Source of the DNA: the human T2T-CHM13v2.0 reference genome, Homo sapiens
Direction: 5' to 3' (one strand)
Length of the DNA stretch: 64,000 nt
Assembly (NCBI RefSeq): GCF_009914755.1
Contig: NC_060928.1
Part shown: in pieces, positions 22,131 through 35,790 of the stretch
Position numbering within the stretch: position 1 is the first letter of the stretch
How the letters are laid out: each line of letters begins with the position of its first letter
The notes under the pieces: generated by a model
What the model was told of the DNA's origin: nothing
The model's database searches: none
What the model saw: only the letters and a program-made list of their open reading frames with translations
Translations under genes and position numbers: made by a program

Positions 22131-23399
22131 CTACTATTTTTTAAAGTACTTCTAGCACTGGGAAATATTTTTTTTTTTTCCCTGATGAGTTAATCAGGCT
22201 CCAATTGAACACAAAGAGGTCTTTCTAGAGAAAGGTCAAGATTATGAAGGAAATTTGACGTGAGGAAGCAAATTGAAGTCAAATTTGGAGGCAAATTGCA
22301 TCCACAGATCCTTAAATCACAATGTCTGATAGGCCGACTAAATTGTCCATGTCTGGGACACTAGATCTCTGGAGCAAAAATCTCTCAAAAACAAACAAAC
22401 AAACAAGCAAACAAACACAGCTTATCCTAGGCCTTTCAAAAAAAAATCTTGAATGCCCTTTTCCTTTCTATCTGATCCTTCTGGAATCTCCTTTTCAGGA
22501 AAGCAGCTTTACTTTCCACTGAGGATTCAGACAGGGATGAAATGAGGTCTAGAAAAAGGTAAATATTGCTTTTTGATATTGACTTCGTTATAGGCTGGAA
22601 TCATATTTTCTAAAGAGTACGTATAGACGCTTTGCCACGAGTAGACACTTGGTGAGCCTCCCCTGTGTTTTCTTTTGTACGGTCATTAACTTAATCATAG
22701 GATCAGGAAGAAAGCCGAGCCTTGGCTGAGCTACTGCCCAGGCGATCCAGGTAGGTGTGTTAGTGGCAGACAGTTTCGGGCTGGGTAGCTATGTTGTTCA
22801 ATCTGTCCACAAGACCATTTTGGCGGGAAGTAGTAGAGGAAAGGTGCCCAAAGCTACTTTTGCCTTCAGCCAAGGCAAACTCAGAAATGTTTTATTTTAA
22901 TGCTGCATTTTCAAGTTTCAGAAGTATATCATAACCTTCTCCTGTGTCTGAACCTTCTCAGAGGGGAGTTTCTAGGATTTTATAACTTCATCCGTCTGCC
23001 AAAGTAGTTGAGGTCACTCACAGCTGAGGAGGAAATGAGGTCACAGGGTCATGCAAACATCAAGCCAAGTTGGTCCCACGACGTCCAGGGAGGTGGCCAG
23101 GCTTCCAGTGCCGGAACCGTAGGTCCTAAAGACGGGAAATTGAAAGCCAAGCGGTTGCTGCACCAGCATTTGTTGCATCCCAATCAGTGGAAGAATGTCC
23201 AGGACTGACCCTGCGCTTGGGGCTACAGAACTCCAGGCATGTCTGCCCAGAAGATTCCGACTCCCTGGCCTCATTTGCCTCTCTACTTCTCCGAGGCCTT
23301 TGTGAGTGGGGGCCACCTGTACTTCCCAGGATGTGCTTGCAGGGTACAGCTTACGCCCACAGGCATGTGGAAACCGGAAGGCCCGGGAAGGGACGCACA

Positions 23400-23975
23400 C
23401 ATGTCTCTTTCCAGGCCTTGGTGAGCCAAAATGGAAACCGGACGCTCTTCGGGAAAGTTCCCAAGGTCCCAGAGGCCCACTCATAAGCTCTGCGGCCGTC
23501 GACGCCCAAAGCCCCGCGTATTGCAGCCGCAGTCGTGCGCGGGCTAGTTGTAAGCACGGGTGTGCGGTGTAGGAGAGGGGGGTCTCTCTCCTGGGGTCCT
23601 CACTGCCGGGCTCCCAGCCCCTGCCCCGCGCTGCCTGTTCTTTAAGTTTGTTTTCTTAGGCGCCCTGCCCAGGGAACATGACCCTGAACGGGGACCCCTT
23701 GAACACCCAGGGCCAGTCACACTCAGAAAAGGGCTGGGAAACGCAGTTCTCCTCCTCCGCTCCCATTTCGAGGGCAGGATCTCCGAGGCAGCCTCTCCGC
23801 GCGGTCCGGCGCTTGCCATCTCTCTCCGTCGCCAGTCGGCCTGGACTTTCCTCCCCACTTCTAGGGCGGTGCAGCCTGCTCAGGTGCAGGAGAGCGTGCG
23901 CCACTCAAGCGCTGGGGCCAGAAGGGAGATGCAGCCAGGACGCGGAGCGCCGCGGAGGCTTGGAGTGCCACGAGC
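23400..23975. promoter_or_regulatory. Orphan CpG island ~3 kb downstream of PRDM8
   Basis: CpG-dense block (gcggccgtcgacgc, ccgcgcggtccggcgc) with no convincing ORF. Confidence 0.75.
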
Positions 23976-24321
23976 ATCCTCAGGGAGGTGTTAAATTTTC
24001 TCTTTTCTTCTCCCTTTGCCCAATCCCGTGTCCTGGAATCAATTCTGCTCATTCTATGGTAGCTTCCCTCAGCTCCTCCTCACCTCCACACTTTTCCGTT
24101 TCTCAAGCGCTTCTGGAGCTTTTCGTCACCAAAGGAACTTTCTGGAAAAAAGTTCCTTTGGTGACTCTTCACCATCCACTAGGCAACTGACTGCTAAGGT
24201 GGCGGTACCAGTCCAGAGGGGGAATGTACTGCTGCGCTGTCACTTAGCTGGGCACTAGGATGACCCCAGCACCCAGGGATTGAAAGAGATGGGCAGGCGC
24301 CAACGCTCTCCCGCCCTCAAA

Positions 24322-24963
24322 TGCACACACACACTCCACACACCACACACACCACACACCACACACCCACACAAACACACCACATACACCACCCACACAC
24401 TCCACACGCCACACACTCCACACCACACACACCACATACACCACATACACACCACGCACACACTCCACACACCACACACTCCACACCACACACACCACAC
24501 ACACACCACACACACACCACACACACATCACATACCCACACCACATGCACACACCACACATACCACACCATACCATACACCCCACACCACACACCCCACA
24601 CTCACCACATATACACACCACACATACTACACACACCACACCACACCACACCACACATATACACATACCACACACACCACACCACCACACATACACACCA
24701 TGCCACACACATACACACACACCACATACGCACACCACACACGCACCACACACACCACACATCACATCACACGTACAGACACAACACACCACACATGCAC
24801 ACCACACATACACACCACACATACGCAACACACATACACACCACACACACAGCACACACACAGTACATACACCACACACTACACACATACACACACAACC
24901 ACACACACCAGACCACACATACACTGTCCCCCGCAACACACACACACACACACACACACACAC
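24322..24963 (+). repeat. ~640-bp degenerate (CA)n/(CACAC)n low-complexity repeat ending in pure (CA)n
   Basis: Almost exclusively C and A on the + strand; it produces the spurious His/Thr/Pro and Cys/Val ORFs. Confidence 0.95.
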
Positions 24964-26807
24964 CCAGCTGCCTCCTGAACAGTTTCTCCCAGCTTGGAAA
25001 TTTCATTTTTTTCCTGAAGGTGAAATATGACCTCAAAGGGGTGTAGAAAATTTAGCCTGCCCAAGAGCTAAACTGGGATTGGGGTGAGAAGGTGGGCCTT
25101 CTCACTCCCTTTTCCTCCTCCAAATGCATTTTATTTGACAGAAGGCCCAGAACGTTGAGGCAGTAACATATGCCTCAGGCTGGTGGGCCTGAATGATTGC
25201 CTTCTAGCTTTGTAAACTGGCTGGGCAGCAGCTGCGGAGCTCTTTGCCTCTGCTTCATGAATCATATTCCTAAGGCAACCTCTGCTTTTCCCACTTTAGA
25301 TATGGAACTTAGAACGTTTTAGAAACCTGTATTCTCCAGGCCTAGTGAATAAAGAAACTGAAAAAAATTTAATTCTTTTATTTTAATCTTTAGGATTAGA
25401 GGTCTGGTACAGGTGTTCTGTTTGAATAGCTAACCTGGTTATGCTCATTATTATTTGCTTATCTCTTTTCAAGTTGTGTGTGAGCATTAGAATATAAATC
25501 TATGCATATGTGCAGGCATGTGCATATGTGTTCAAATATGTAAGTATATATTACAAACTGATACACATATTTATATATACAGACATACATAAACATTTTA
25601 ATCCACACACAGGCACATAACTGGCAGGCGTTATTCTAAGTGCTTTTCATGTGTTTACTTGCTTTAATTCTCACAGCCTACCCAAGGGCTACTGAGAATC
25701 CCACTCCATCATGTTTCAGCATTGTGTAGTTAGTACGGTTGTCACTCTGAAACAGAAAGATGAGAATGTGATAATGTAATGAAAAAATAGTGACTCTTAT
25801 GTCAGGAAACCGGTTCCAAATTTTGTGGCCTTTCCATTTATTTATCTTAGTTTCCTTTACTTGAGCATGTGAATAATACCACCTGTGGGCTTATCACATA
25901 GCGGTGTCTTGAAAAGCAAATATAATTCTACATGTAGCAGCTTTTTGTACTATTGAATATGATTGACTCCCATGTTGGTAAAAGAGATATGCTTTTAGCC
26001 TCAACTTATCTTTCTCAGGTAGTCAAAATGCTCTCATACCTCTATAAGAAGTCTTTTGTGACCTTGACTTACTTTAATGATCTTTTCTCATTTTTAACCA
26101 GAGGTGGGAGTAATCGCTGGTTTGATTTTGTGGTTGTTTATGTAATTACTCAGGATTTTACTCTGTGCCTCAAGCTTACAGGAGAGTCACTGAAAAAATG
26201 TTTGATATATAATATCATGTAAGCCTATAGGTTCATTCATGATATATATATATACACACACACACAAACACACACACACTCCACACACACATGCACCCCA
26301 CATAAAACTATATATATATATATACACAGTTATGTGTATATAACTATATATATATATTTTAGTTGGCTTAGCTGTAATAATCTTAAATTATAAATACAGC
26401 GTGTTCCTAGTGCTTAAAAATTGTAAGTCAGCCTAATGCTAAGGATGGAAAAGGCTATAAGAGGAGTTCTAGATATAATTTGCCATGCTGTAGAAAGTAT
26501 GGTTACAATGCAGGAGAGAAGCTTATCCCTTTTCCTAGTTACTATGTAACAAATTGCACCTTACTTAGAAAGCTACACTGTGCTCAGTGCTTAATGAAGA
26601 CAATGTTCCCTCTACAGATCAAAACGGATCCCTCACTCCAGCTCAAGCTTTTTCCTGTTTTTAAATGGATCTTTAAAAATAATGCATGACTTAAAAAATC
26701 ATAAAGAACTCTAATGCTGCTAAAACATAGAGACTTGAAGAATGCATACAATATCTTGTTTTCCCAAATTATTTAGAGAATAAATTCTTTAAGTAAAAAA
26801 TAAACAA

Positions 26808-26912
26808 GGAAGGAAGGGAGGGAGGGAGGGAGGGAGGAAGGAAGGAAGGAAGGAGAAGAGAAGAGGGACGGAGTAAAGAAAAGGAAGGAAGGATGGAAAG
26901 AAGGAAGAGAGA
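26808..26912 (+). repeat. Purine-rich (GGGA)n(GGAA)n tract
   Basis: aggaagggagggagggagggagggaggaaggaaggaaggaaggagaagag... Confidence 0.9.
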
Positions 26913-28249
26913 AATTGGGAAGAAAAATAATCATGGGATTAATTTATCTAACTTTTTGTCCCTTTACTTCTTTTCCCACAAATGTCCAGCCACCAATTCC
27001 AAATTCCTCTCATACTGTTTTTTTTTTTTTTTTTTGGCATTTTCTTTGGAGAAGAGCCTTACTGTGGGTTTCAGAGTAGAAATCCATAAATCAGTCCCAC
27101 CGTTGACTAAGATCTCTTGTGCACACCTGCTTCGAGGATTAAAATCTGGACAGGCATACCATGATTGCACTTTTCTCTGAGGATTCATCTCTGGGTGGGT
27201 GTGTTGGTGTTATACTATTGCCTGTGCCACTTTTTCTGTGTTTTGTTATTTTTTTGTGAAGTGTGAAACTTTTTTTTTTTTTAAGCAATTGATGACTTTT
27301 TTCTCTCTCAAACAAATGAATAAAGTCCTGTTTTACACTCTGGCAAAATTTCACTGGGTCTTTGAGAAAGACAAACAGAGCCAAACAGTGACACCCAGCC
27401 CCCAAATGGATGCAAATCATGTAATTAGAAAAATTTTAGTATCCATAGTGTTCAGTTCTTCTTTAGGCTAAGAGGTCCAGCGTCAGGGCTAAGCGAAGGA
27501 GGAGGAAAGAAAATAAAGGAAATATTCCTGCAAGGTCCTTCCTAGAAAGATAAGAGTTAGCCTTCAGGAAGGAGTAAATTGACTTTTTCATTAAAATGCT
27601 TTTGTAGACAGTGCTAGTTTAACTATTTGCTTTAGCAGGGCTAGGTGGATAAATGGTGAATGCCATGAAGCTTATTTTCAGGGACATTCGATCTGCTCCC
27701 TAAATTCCATCTCAGAACCTCCCATTTTCAATCGTCTCTTACCTTTAGGCTCTCTTAGATTTCCCTGAGTTCTATCCCCTCCAACAAAGAGGTAGTATCC
27801 AAAATTGCCACCTGTGTGAATAAACAGCAAAAAAAAAAAAAAAAAAAAAAGTCTGAATTTACATGAAGGTATTTGCTTCTCCATTTGCTTTTTAAAGCTT
27901 AATTTCTAATTTTGGAGCAGTCTAAGTAAAGATGAAGGATCGATATGCAGAGGTACTTCTCCACCAGGGTAATAATGCCTAAAACTCCTTCCAAATCAGA
28001 GGTATTTGAGGCTGCATCTGAAAGTATTTATTAAACCTCCAAACATGCCTAAACTTAAAGCCAGGGAGATATTTAGGAAACCTAACATTCAAAAATCTAA
28101 TTCCAAGCATAGTAAAGCTAATAGCATGGTAAAACAAGTCTCATCAAGTTATATGATTGCCAGCAGCTCACATTTGAATTTCTTAAATCCTTTAAATATT
28201 CAAAATACATTTATTTATAACAACTCAGAAATAGAAACTTGGAATTTTA

Positions 28250-28278
28250 GATATATATATTTCTCATATATATATTTC

Positions 28279-28320
<42 letters not shown>
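28250..28320 (+). repeat. (TA)n microsatellite
   Basis: Pure (AT)n at 28281-28320 preceded by interrupted copies. Confidence 0.9.
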
Positions 28321-28323
<3 letters not shown>

Positions 28324-28684
28324 CAAGTTACTCTCTTCTCTGGGATGGGGGCTTTCCTTTGAATACATTTCAGGAGAAGAAATTTAAAGTTTAATGTACA
28401 ATTTCTGAGTGCCTGTCATACTGGCTCTTTACAGCAGCCTGCTCGAAGACCCAGGCACATGGCCAAATAGAAAATCAGATAAGGATGCTAAAAAGAGGGG
28501 ACCTCTGGCAATGACTTCCCCATGTTATTGACTCCATAAGAAAAGGCTCAAAAAGAAGATAATTTCCCCCAATCCTTCCATCCTCAGAAAATTTTATTAT
28601 AAACCATAGATAATAAGAGCTCACAAGGAAAGAAAAAGTAATACTATCCATAGGACACTGTAGAGTTAGATCACACAGGGAGAG

Positions 28685-28845
28685 ACCTTTCTAAATCACC
28701 AAGGTAGCTGTTAAAAATGCAGTTTCCCATAGGCACCCTCAGAGATTTGATGAATCTTATGTGGGACCTAGAATCTTGCATTTTCAGCAACCAGCACCAG
28801 ATGATTTTAGAGTAGGTGGCTCTTGATCCTCACTTTTGAAACACC
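28685..28845. mobile_element. MER5A-like hAT-Charlie DNA transposon fossil
   Basis: ttaaaaatgcag...ccctcagagatttga...gtgggacctagaatcttgcatttt...gatgatttt...cacttttgaaacac resembles MER5A. Confidence 0.6.
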
Positions 28846-29120
28846 GAAGAGAGGTTAGAACTAGCCCTATGATGACTTAAATTAAAATGTAGGAGTACAT
28901 CAGTCTAGAAAATAGCTATGTTCCAGAAATATGGACAGTAAATTGAATTATGTTGTTGTAAATACAGACTTTTAAAAAAACTTCATTTATGTTCTATCTT
29001 TGTTTCAGATTGATTTTCACATTTTACTCCTCCTTGCCCACTCAAGTTAGGGTCATTAGTAAGAACAAGAAAAATGTAATTGCATGAGCAAGTACCTATT
29101 CAAGAAAATGTTTAAGCTAA

Positions 29121-29459
<339 letters not shown>

Positions 29460-30139
29460 ATTTTTTGGATTTTTACACATTCATTTTCTAAAATTGTTTC
29501 ACAACTTATTTGTATGTGTGTGTTCACGAACCTCACCAATTCAGGCTCTGACATCAAGCTCCCAAGAGCTGTCTGAAGCTATGTTTTTCAAATGAATAAT
29601 AACAGCAGAATTGAAAACTCTTGAGCTAACATTTTGCTCTCAACTCCAGCCTGCTAGTCAACTACTGCTGCTTCTCTGCCAGCTGATGACTGCACGGAGG
29701 CTGCCACTTTCTGATGGTGAGTGACTCTAGGCCTCAAGTGATTCAGACGCCACTGACTCTTGCTGCAGAAACTTTTGGTACTAGGGAAACAGACTCTTCC
29801 ATTCACTTCACGTCACTTAACTTTCTACTGCAGTGTCCATTCACCTAGGACTCAGGCCTGAGTCTGAGGAGGTGGGGCCAAAGGAGCACCAGGTATAATG
29901 CAGTATTCACAATCACCCATCAGTTCTGATGTTGCTTATTATTTCCAAACACAATAAGGGCTCTTGGAATGCAACCCTTATATAAACATAGCTGTGATGA
30001 TCCTGCCTTCTAGATGTGTCAGCACATGCCTGAAAGAAAGAGTAGGTGCCCTCTAATTCTGGGGCCACGGCTACACAGTTGCTAAATAAAGTCTAAAGTC
30101 CACACAGTTGCTTATAAGCACAAAGAATCCTGCTAAGAA

Positions 30140-30270
30140 ATTAGATTAGAAGTCAGATTAAACATTTATTCTCATTCTGCCTCCACCATTCTCCAGCTGT
30201 GTAACCTTGAATGAACTAACTTCTCTAAACTCCAGTCTTCTCATCTGTAAATGAGAGAGTTAGATGAGAT
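30140..30270 (+). mobile_element. MIR fragment
   Basis: ctgcctccaccattctccagctgtgtaaccttgaatgaactaacttctctaaactccagtcttctcatctgtaaatgag. Confidence 0.7.
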
Positions 30271-30381
30271 CAGAGATTCTCAGACTTCAGAATTTGTAAT
30301 AATTACTAGGGAGAGTGGTAAATAGGCTTGGCTCTAATTTCTGGAGATTCAGAATGAGGGCAGCAGTGGCTAGGATACTGA

Positions 30382-30680
30382 TTTTTTTTTTTTTTTAATA
30401 GGGACTCACTCTGTCACCTGGGCTAGAGGGCAATGGTGTGATCATAGCTCACTGCAGCCTCCAACTCCTGGGCTCAGGCAGTCCTCTGTCTCAGCCTCCC
30501 GAGTAGCTGGGACTACAAGTGCATGTCACTGTGCCTGGATAATTTTATTTTAAATTTGTATAGATGGGGTCTTGCTTTGTTACCTAGGCTGGTCTTGAAC
30601 TCCTGGTTTCAAGCAATCTTCCGGCCTTGGCCTCCAGAAGTTCTGGGAATTACAGGAAAGAGCCACACTGCACCTGGCCT
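30382..30680 (-). mobile_element. AluJ, apparently inserted into a MER5-like element (30271-30735)
   Basis: Poly-T plus J-type gatcatagctcactgcagcctccaactcctgggctca; flanks (gattctcagactt..., tttgcattttaataaaccctctggatgattct) are MER5-like. Confidence 0.88.
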
Positions 30681-31038
30681 GTGATTTGCATTTTAATAAA
30701 CCCTCTGGATGATTCTCTAACCACGTCTGGGAAATATTTGTCTAAATCAATGATTATTCATTGTGGTCCTATTAGAAACATTTAGAAAGTATTAAAAATA
30801 TACTAGTGACTGGTCCCTCTCCAAATTAATTCATCATAATATCTGGGTATTTTGTCAGGGCATTGCTAGTGCCTCAAAAAAATCTTTGTGCATCAAGGGT
30901 CAAGAATCAGTGGATTAAATAATCTATAAGAACTTTTCTCAGCTTTTGAATTACAACTTCCAACCTAGCATTCTTGGTTCTATATCACAATACGTCGGTT
31001 ATAAATGTGGAGTATGCTGTGTATGCAGACTTGCTAGT

Positions 31039-31420
31039 TATTATGAGCTGAATTATGCCCCTCCCCTCACCCAAGTTCATATGTTGAGGTCTTAACGCCC
31101 AACACCTTGGAATGTGACTGTATTTGGATTTAGGGCCTTTAAAATTAAGTTATTGGTTGGGTCCTAATCCAATAGGGCTGATGTCCTTATATGAAGGGTA
31201 GATTAGGACACAGATAACACAGACAGAGGGGCGACTATGTGAGGATACAGTAAGAAGGTGACCATTTGCAAGCCAAGGAGAGAGACCACGGAAGAAACCA
31301 AACCTGTGAACACTTTGTTCTTGGCCTTCTAGCCTCCGGAATTGTGAGGAAATGAATTTCTGTTGTTTAAGTCACCCAATATGTGGTATTTTGTTATGGC
31401 AGCCCTGAGAAACTAATACA
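31039..31420 (+). mobile_element. MaLR solo LTR (MLT1A/B-like) with perfect 5-bp TSD CTAGT
   Basis: ...gaatgtgactgtatttgga...cctaatccaata...gtggtattttgttatggcagccctgagaaactaataca; CTAGT at 31034-31038 and 31421-31425. Confidence 0.88.
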
Positions 31421-32017
31421 CTAGTCAAATAGTTCACTGAAACCTATCTTACTTTGAAGAAAATAATGTTCGTCTAATTAGTTCAGAAACAACATATCTC
31501 TAAGTATCGACATAAATACACTAAATTAAAGGCTTAACTATACAAAAATAAGTGATTTTGTAGTTTTTTCCCCCAAAGTCATGATTGAAAACAGGTTATG
31601 GAAATAAGTAATGCCTTTTAAAATATCATGATCTAACCTTGAGGATGATGTTTTAAATAAAAGGATTAAGAAAGAGCAGGACTAGAAATAATTTCAGTGC
31701 TTTTCACTACCAATAATGAATAGCAAACCCAATTTCAATTAAATCAACAAACAACTACCAAATGTTTAACGTTATCTGGTAAGATATAATGTAAATTTTA
31801 ATTATGAACATATATGAAGCAGAATCTGTTATTTTAGTTTTGATGCCAGGTTTTTATAAAACCACCCTGTCTATTCCCCTCGTATATCCCAATTTCTTAA
31901 GTGTCTTCCTTAAGGTTTCCTCAATCTTAACTTTCATCGTATCTATTCAAAGTAAAAATACTAGAGATCCATTTAAAATCAGAGCCCGGGAAAGAACAAA
32001 CTATTAAAGAAAAAGAT

Positions 32018-32037
32018 ATATTGCCACCTAGTGGAAG
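32018..32037 (-). promoter_or_regulatory. Strong CTCF motif, reverse orientation
   Basis: TTGCCACCTAGTGGAA reads TTCCACTAGGTGGCAA on the minus strand, a full match to CCASYAGRKGGCR. Confidence 0.7.
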
Positions 32038-33804
32038 ACAGGCGGAATCATCTTCTTGTAATTCAAGTTTTAAACCACAGAATGGTTAGTACAAGCAATG
32101 TTTTTAAATGGTTTTTGATAGTGTGTAATTATGCTTTGTTATTTAAAAGATGTCTTTCCTGTTTAGCTGCTAAATCACTTTTAACTTTTGAGTTATATAT
32201 TTAGCAATCACTTAAAGGTATACGCTGCTGCTATATATATTGAGCAATAAAGTTGAACATAGTCTTTCTCAAAAACATTGAGCTAGAATGCTAAAAACAC
32301 TTACAGGTAATTCTGAAAAATATTTACCACCCACAGAATGTCAGTAGTATGGTAAACAGCCAATGTAAACATAGCTGACCAAACATTGGTAAGTCACTTC
32401 TCTGGACCTGTTTCCTCATTTAAAACAATGGGGTTACACTATGTAATTTATAAAATATTTTCAATTCTAATATAATTAGATTAAGTAGTTATAATATACA
32501 CTTATATTTATTATGTTTTAGGTCTCTGTAATAGTTAGGTGAGTGACCAAACTTGGTTTAGAAAGTAGTATTGGTGAATTATTTGGTGTGTGTCCTTGAA
32601 ATAACATTTCAGCATAGAACTAAAAGAAGTTTATTAATGGGAAGGAACTTCCTATCTATTTATTTGGTTGCCAGGTTTCCAGAGTTTTTTTTTCCATGAG
32701 AGTAAGGTGACCTGGCTAATTTTAACTTCAGCAATTACACTCTATCCAGCTAAATTATCCTTGCAACTTTTATTTGAGTATAACATCGTTTATTGTTTCC
32801 TGTCCTAAACTTTTAGGAAGTTGTTATTAACTGATTTACTCTTGTTGACCTTTAACAAATACACAGGATGATATTAACTACTGGTAATTCTATAAGAGCC
32901 TTTCTTTCTATAGGCCAGGAAAGGAAAGGGGAGTTTAAAGATACTTCCCTTTTAGTTGCCCTTGGTATGTCCCAAGAATGTCACAATCCTTAATTAGTTA
33001 ACCATATGATGTGCAGGACCTCTGAAAAGATTTTATTTCAGATGGTATAACGCAAGGAGCTTAAGTTATCAAATTGTTCTTGCTCCAATTGTTGGATACA
33101 ATTTCCTTCTGTACAGTATTAAGTTAGAAGTGTCACCAAAAGACTTCCCTTTCAAACAGAATGAACTTAATGTGAAAATGTCAATAAGTCTAATAAAAAT
33201 AAGGAAGCATGGTAAATTAGTAGGTGTCTTGAAATACTACCGAGAGGAAGTTTGCTATCAGCACTCAACTTTTAAATAATTAGTTGTGAGAAACTGCATA
33301 TTATAATACATGATCATTAATAAAATAGAGTACTTAGAAAAAAATTGATATCAAACTTCTGTTTGAGGCTTTGTCCAGAGATAAGACACACAGGGAGGCT
33401 AATTATAATATTTCTAGTAACTTTTCTCACTTTTTCCTTCTATCCTATCACCACACACACACACAAAAAGAAAAGAAAACGAAAAAGACAAAAAAAGGTT
33501 AATTTTTCAGTTTACATTTATTCTGAATAAAGTTTGGAAAAATAAATTTGGAATGAAGTCCCAAATGTGAAGCTGGAAACTACCCGCCTTGTTAGAATAT
33601 TTTAACTGCTTCTCTCAACTGCATTTTCTATACAAATTATATGGTCATCAGATTCAACTAGTTTGAGAAGTAAAAGTTTCCATTTATAATGTGAAATACT
33701 CTTTCTCCTGTCAGCTTGTGTAGCTGCCTCACATCACTTTCATTATCCGTGGCACCAGCCTTTTATATATTGTCTTCAAATTATTCAGGTAGGTAGCTTC
33801 AGCA

Positions 33805-33940
33805 ATTTATATACATTTATATATATATATATATATATATAAAAATGTATATAAACATGCAGTACCTCTTTTAAATATATATAAAATAATGCAGTACCTC
33901 TTTTAAATATATATTTATATATATTTTATATATATATAAT
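33805..33940 (+). repeat. TA-rich repeat containing a 26-bp direct duplication (33857-33882, 33889-33914)
   Basis: atgcagtacctcttttaaatatatat occurs twice with period 32. Confidence 0.85.
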
Positions 33941-34208
33941 TTGAAACAACAGTTGGATGTGACTAGAACAAATTGAAAGTAATCACACATGTCATTAGAG
34001 AAACAATTTCTGTAGGTTTCAAAACCCTCTTAGATTGACCTATGTCTTAAATTTCAACATAATTTAATATATCTGTTCCTTGAACAGATACATATGTCAA
34101 CTGATTACCATTATCATTCTCTTTAAGATAGCATTATTTCCTTAAATTGTATTGGTAGCAGTACCAAATAACAAGCATAATGATGAGATGATGCCCTACC
34201 TAGTAATC

Positions 34209-34602
34209 TGTGTTGGTCTCTTTACTGTTGCTTATACCACAGTACCTGAAACTAGGTAATTGGTAAAGAAACGGAACTTATTTCTTACAGTTGTTGAGGC
34301 CGGGAAATCCGAGGTGGATGAGGCACATCTGGTGAGAGCTTCTTGCTGGTGGAGACTCTCTTTGGTGGGGCGTCACATGGTGAGGGGACTGAGCATGTTG
34401 ATGTCCTTGCTCGGGTCTCTCTTTCTTTTCTTATAAGCCACCAGTTTCCCTATCATGATAACCCGCTAATCCATTAATCCATGAATAGATAAATCAATTC
34501 ATGAAGGCAGAACCCTCATGAGTCAGTCACCGCCTCTCAGTACTGCCACATTGAAGACTGAGTCTCAACATGAGTTTTGAAGGGAACATTCAAACCATAG
34601 CA
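34209..34602 (-). mobile_element. MaLR solo LTR (MST-like), TSD TAATC/TAACC
   Basis: TG...CA ends; aacttatttcttacagtt...ggcacatctggtgagagc...caacatgagtttt...cattcaaaccatagca. Confidence 0.85.
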
Positions 34603-35589
34603 TAACCTATAATTAAAATATTCCATTCCAGTTAAAGAAGGCATTCTAAGTGGAGACCTGTGGAATGGATACTTTAAAAGGTAACTTTGTTCTGACTTTA
34701 TTATTTTTTTTTTCATTTTATTACTCAAATGCACATTCATTTGATACACATTTCAGGGAAGGTGAATTTAGAAAGTTAAAGGATCTTTGCCATGGTAAAT
34801 GAGAAGAGATTTCTGAAGTTATACATGTTAAATTTCATGTATTTTCTGTGGCTTATAATAGTAAGAAGCTGTAGTGTAATGAAGTACTTTGGAAATGCTG
34901 CTGGTACTCAGAATTTGGAAAGTGTTAAGATGAAAAATGTCTAAGAAACATAGGCATACTAAAATGCTTTTTTTTTTCCTGGTAAAATATCAGTATGCTT
35001 AGGTATAAAATGTTTTATTAACCCTCAATTGTATTGTATGCACTTATAAACATGCATGATAATAAGCTTATTTATATTCAACCAAACATTTATTTGGCAA
35101 GCAGCCGAGGATATTCTAGTGTTCTAAAGTCAAAAAAATGCCTCAGAGATTCAAAGCCTTTTGTTTCTTTTTCAATATCCCAAAGCATAGCAATTCTTTG
35201 TCTTCTTTTTGCTGCATTCTAAAAGTATATTAATTGACAACCTACACAAGCCACCTGAAAGCTTTCTATATCTACATTAAAAGCAGATTCTTCATTTGGG
35301 AATTATATTTGATATCTTTAATATCTTTGTGTATTTGAGTGGATGTATTTGACTTCTAGGTAGACTGAGAAAAGTCACAAGTGGCAGTTTTTGTTTTGTT
35401 TGTTTTGTTTTCTTTTTAGTATAATACATTGGTGGGACAGAACTTGCTAAGTCGGAGTTCAGAATTATTGGTTAGGCAGCTAATAAAAATGATTATTCAG
35501 ATATTGAGAGTCCTGATGGCTTAAGGAGTGACCACTGCCCTTCTTTGCCCCTCTAGACTGTCTTGGGAAGTAGAGCAAAAACAGGTACA

Positions 35590-35790
35590 GTGGAGTCAGA
35601 AAGACCGTGGCACTCCCTGTACCATTCAGTGGTTGTGCTCTGTTGGAATGAGTGCTGTTGACAAGTCACCTTACTTATCTGAATCTCAGTTTTCTTCCCG
35701 GTAAACTGGAATATTGACAACTATATATGGTTGTGGTAAAGATTAGAGATAAAATATGGAAGTCCAAGTCAAATGATAGGCTGATAGGCA
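35590..35790 (+). mobile_element. MIR fragment
   Basis: ggagtcagaaagacc...gacaagtcaccttacttatctgaatctcagttttctt...ggttgtggtaaagattagagat. Confidence 0.6.

Noticed and set aside
24322-24963. CRISPR-like or telomeric array
   Set aside because: No constant repeat with unique spacers and no TTAGGG units; the context is eukaryotic simple repeat.
24244-25064. 230-240 aa His/Thr/Pro and Cys/Val ORFs
   Set aside because: Translations of the CA/TG low-complexity repeat.
26808-26912. GGAA microsatellite as an ETS-fusion response element
   Set aside because: Only about four consecutive GGAA units, too short to argue for.
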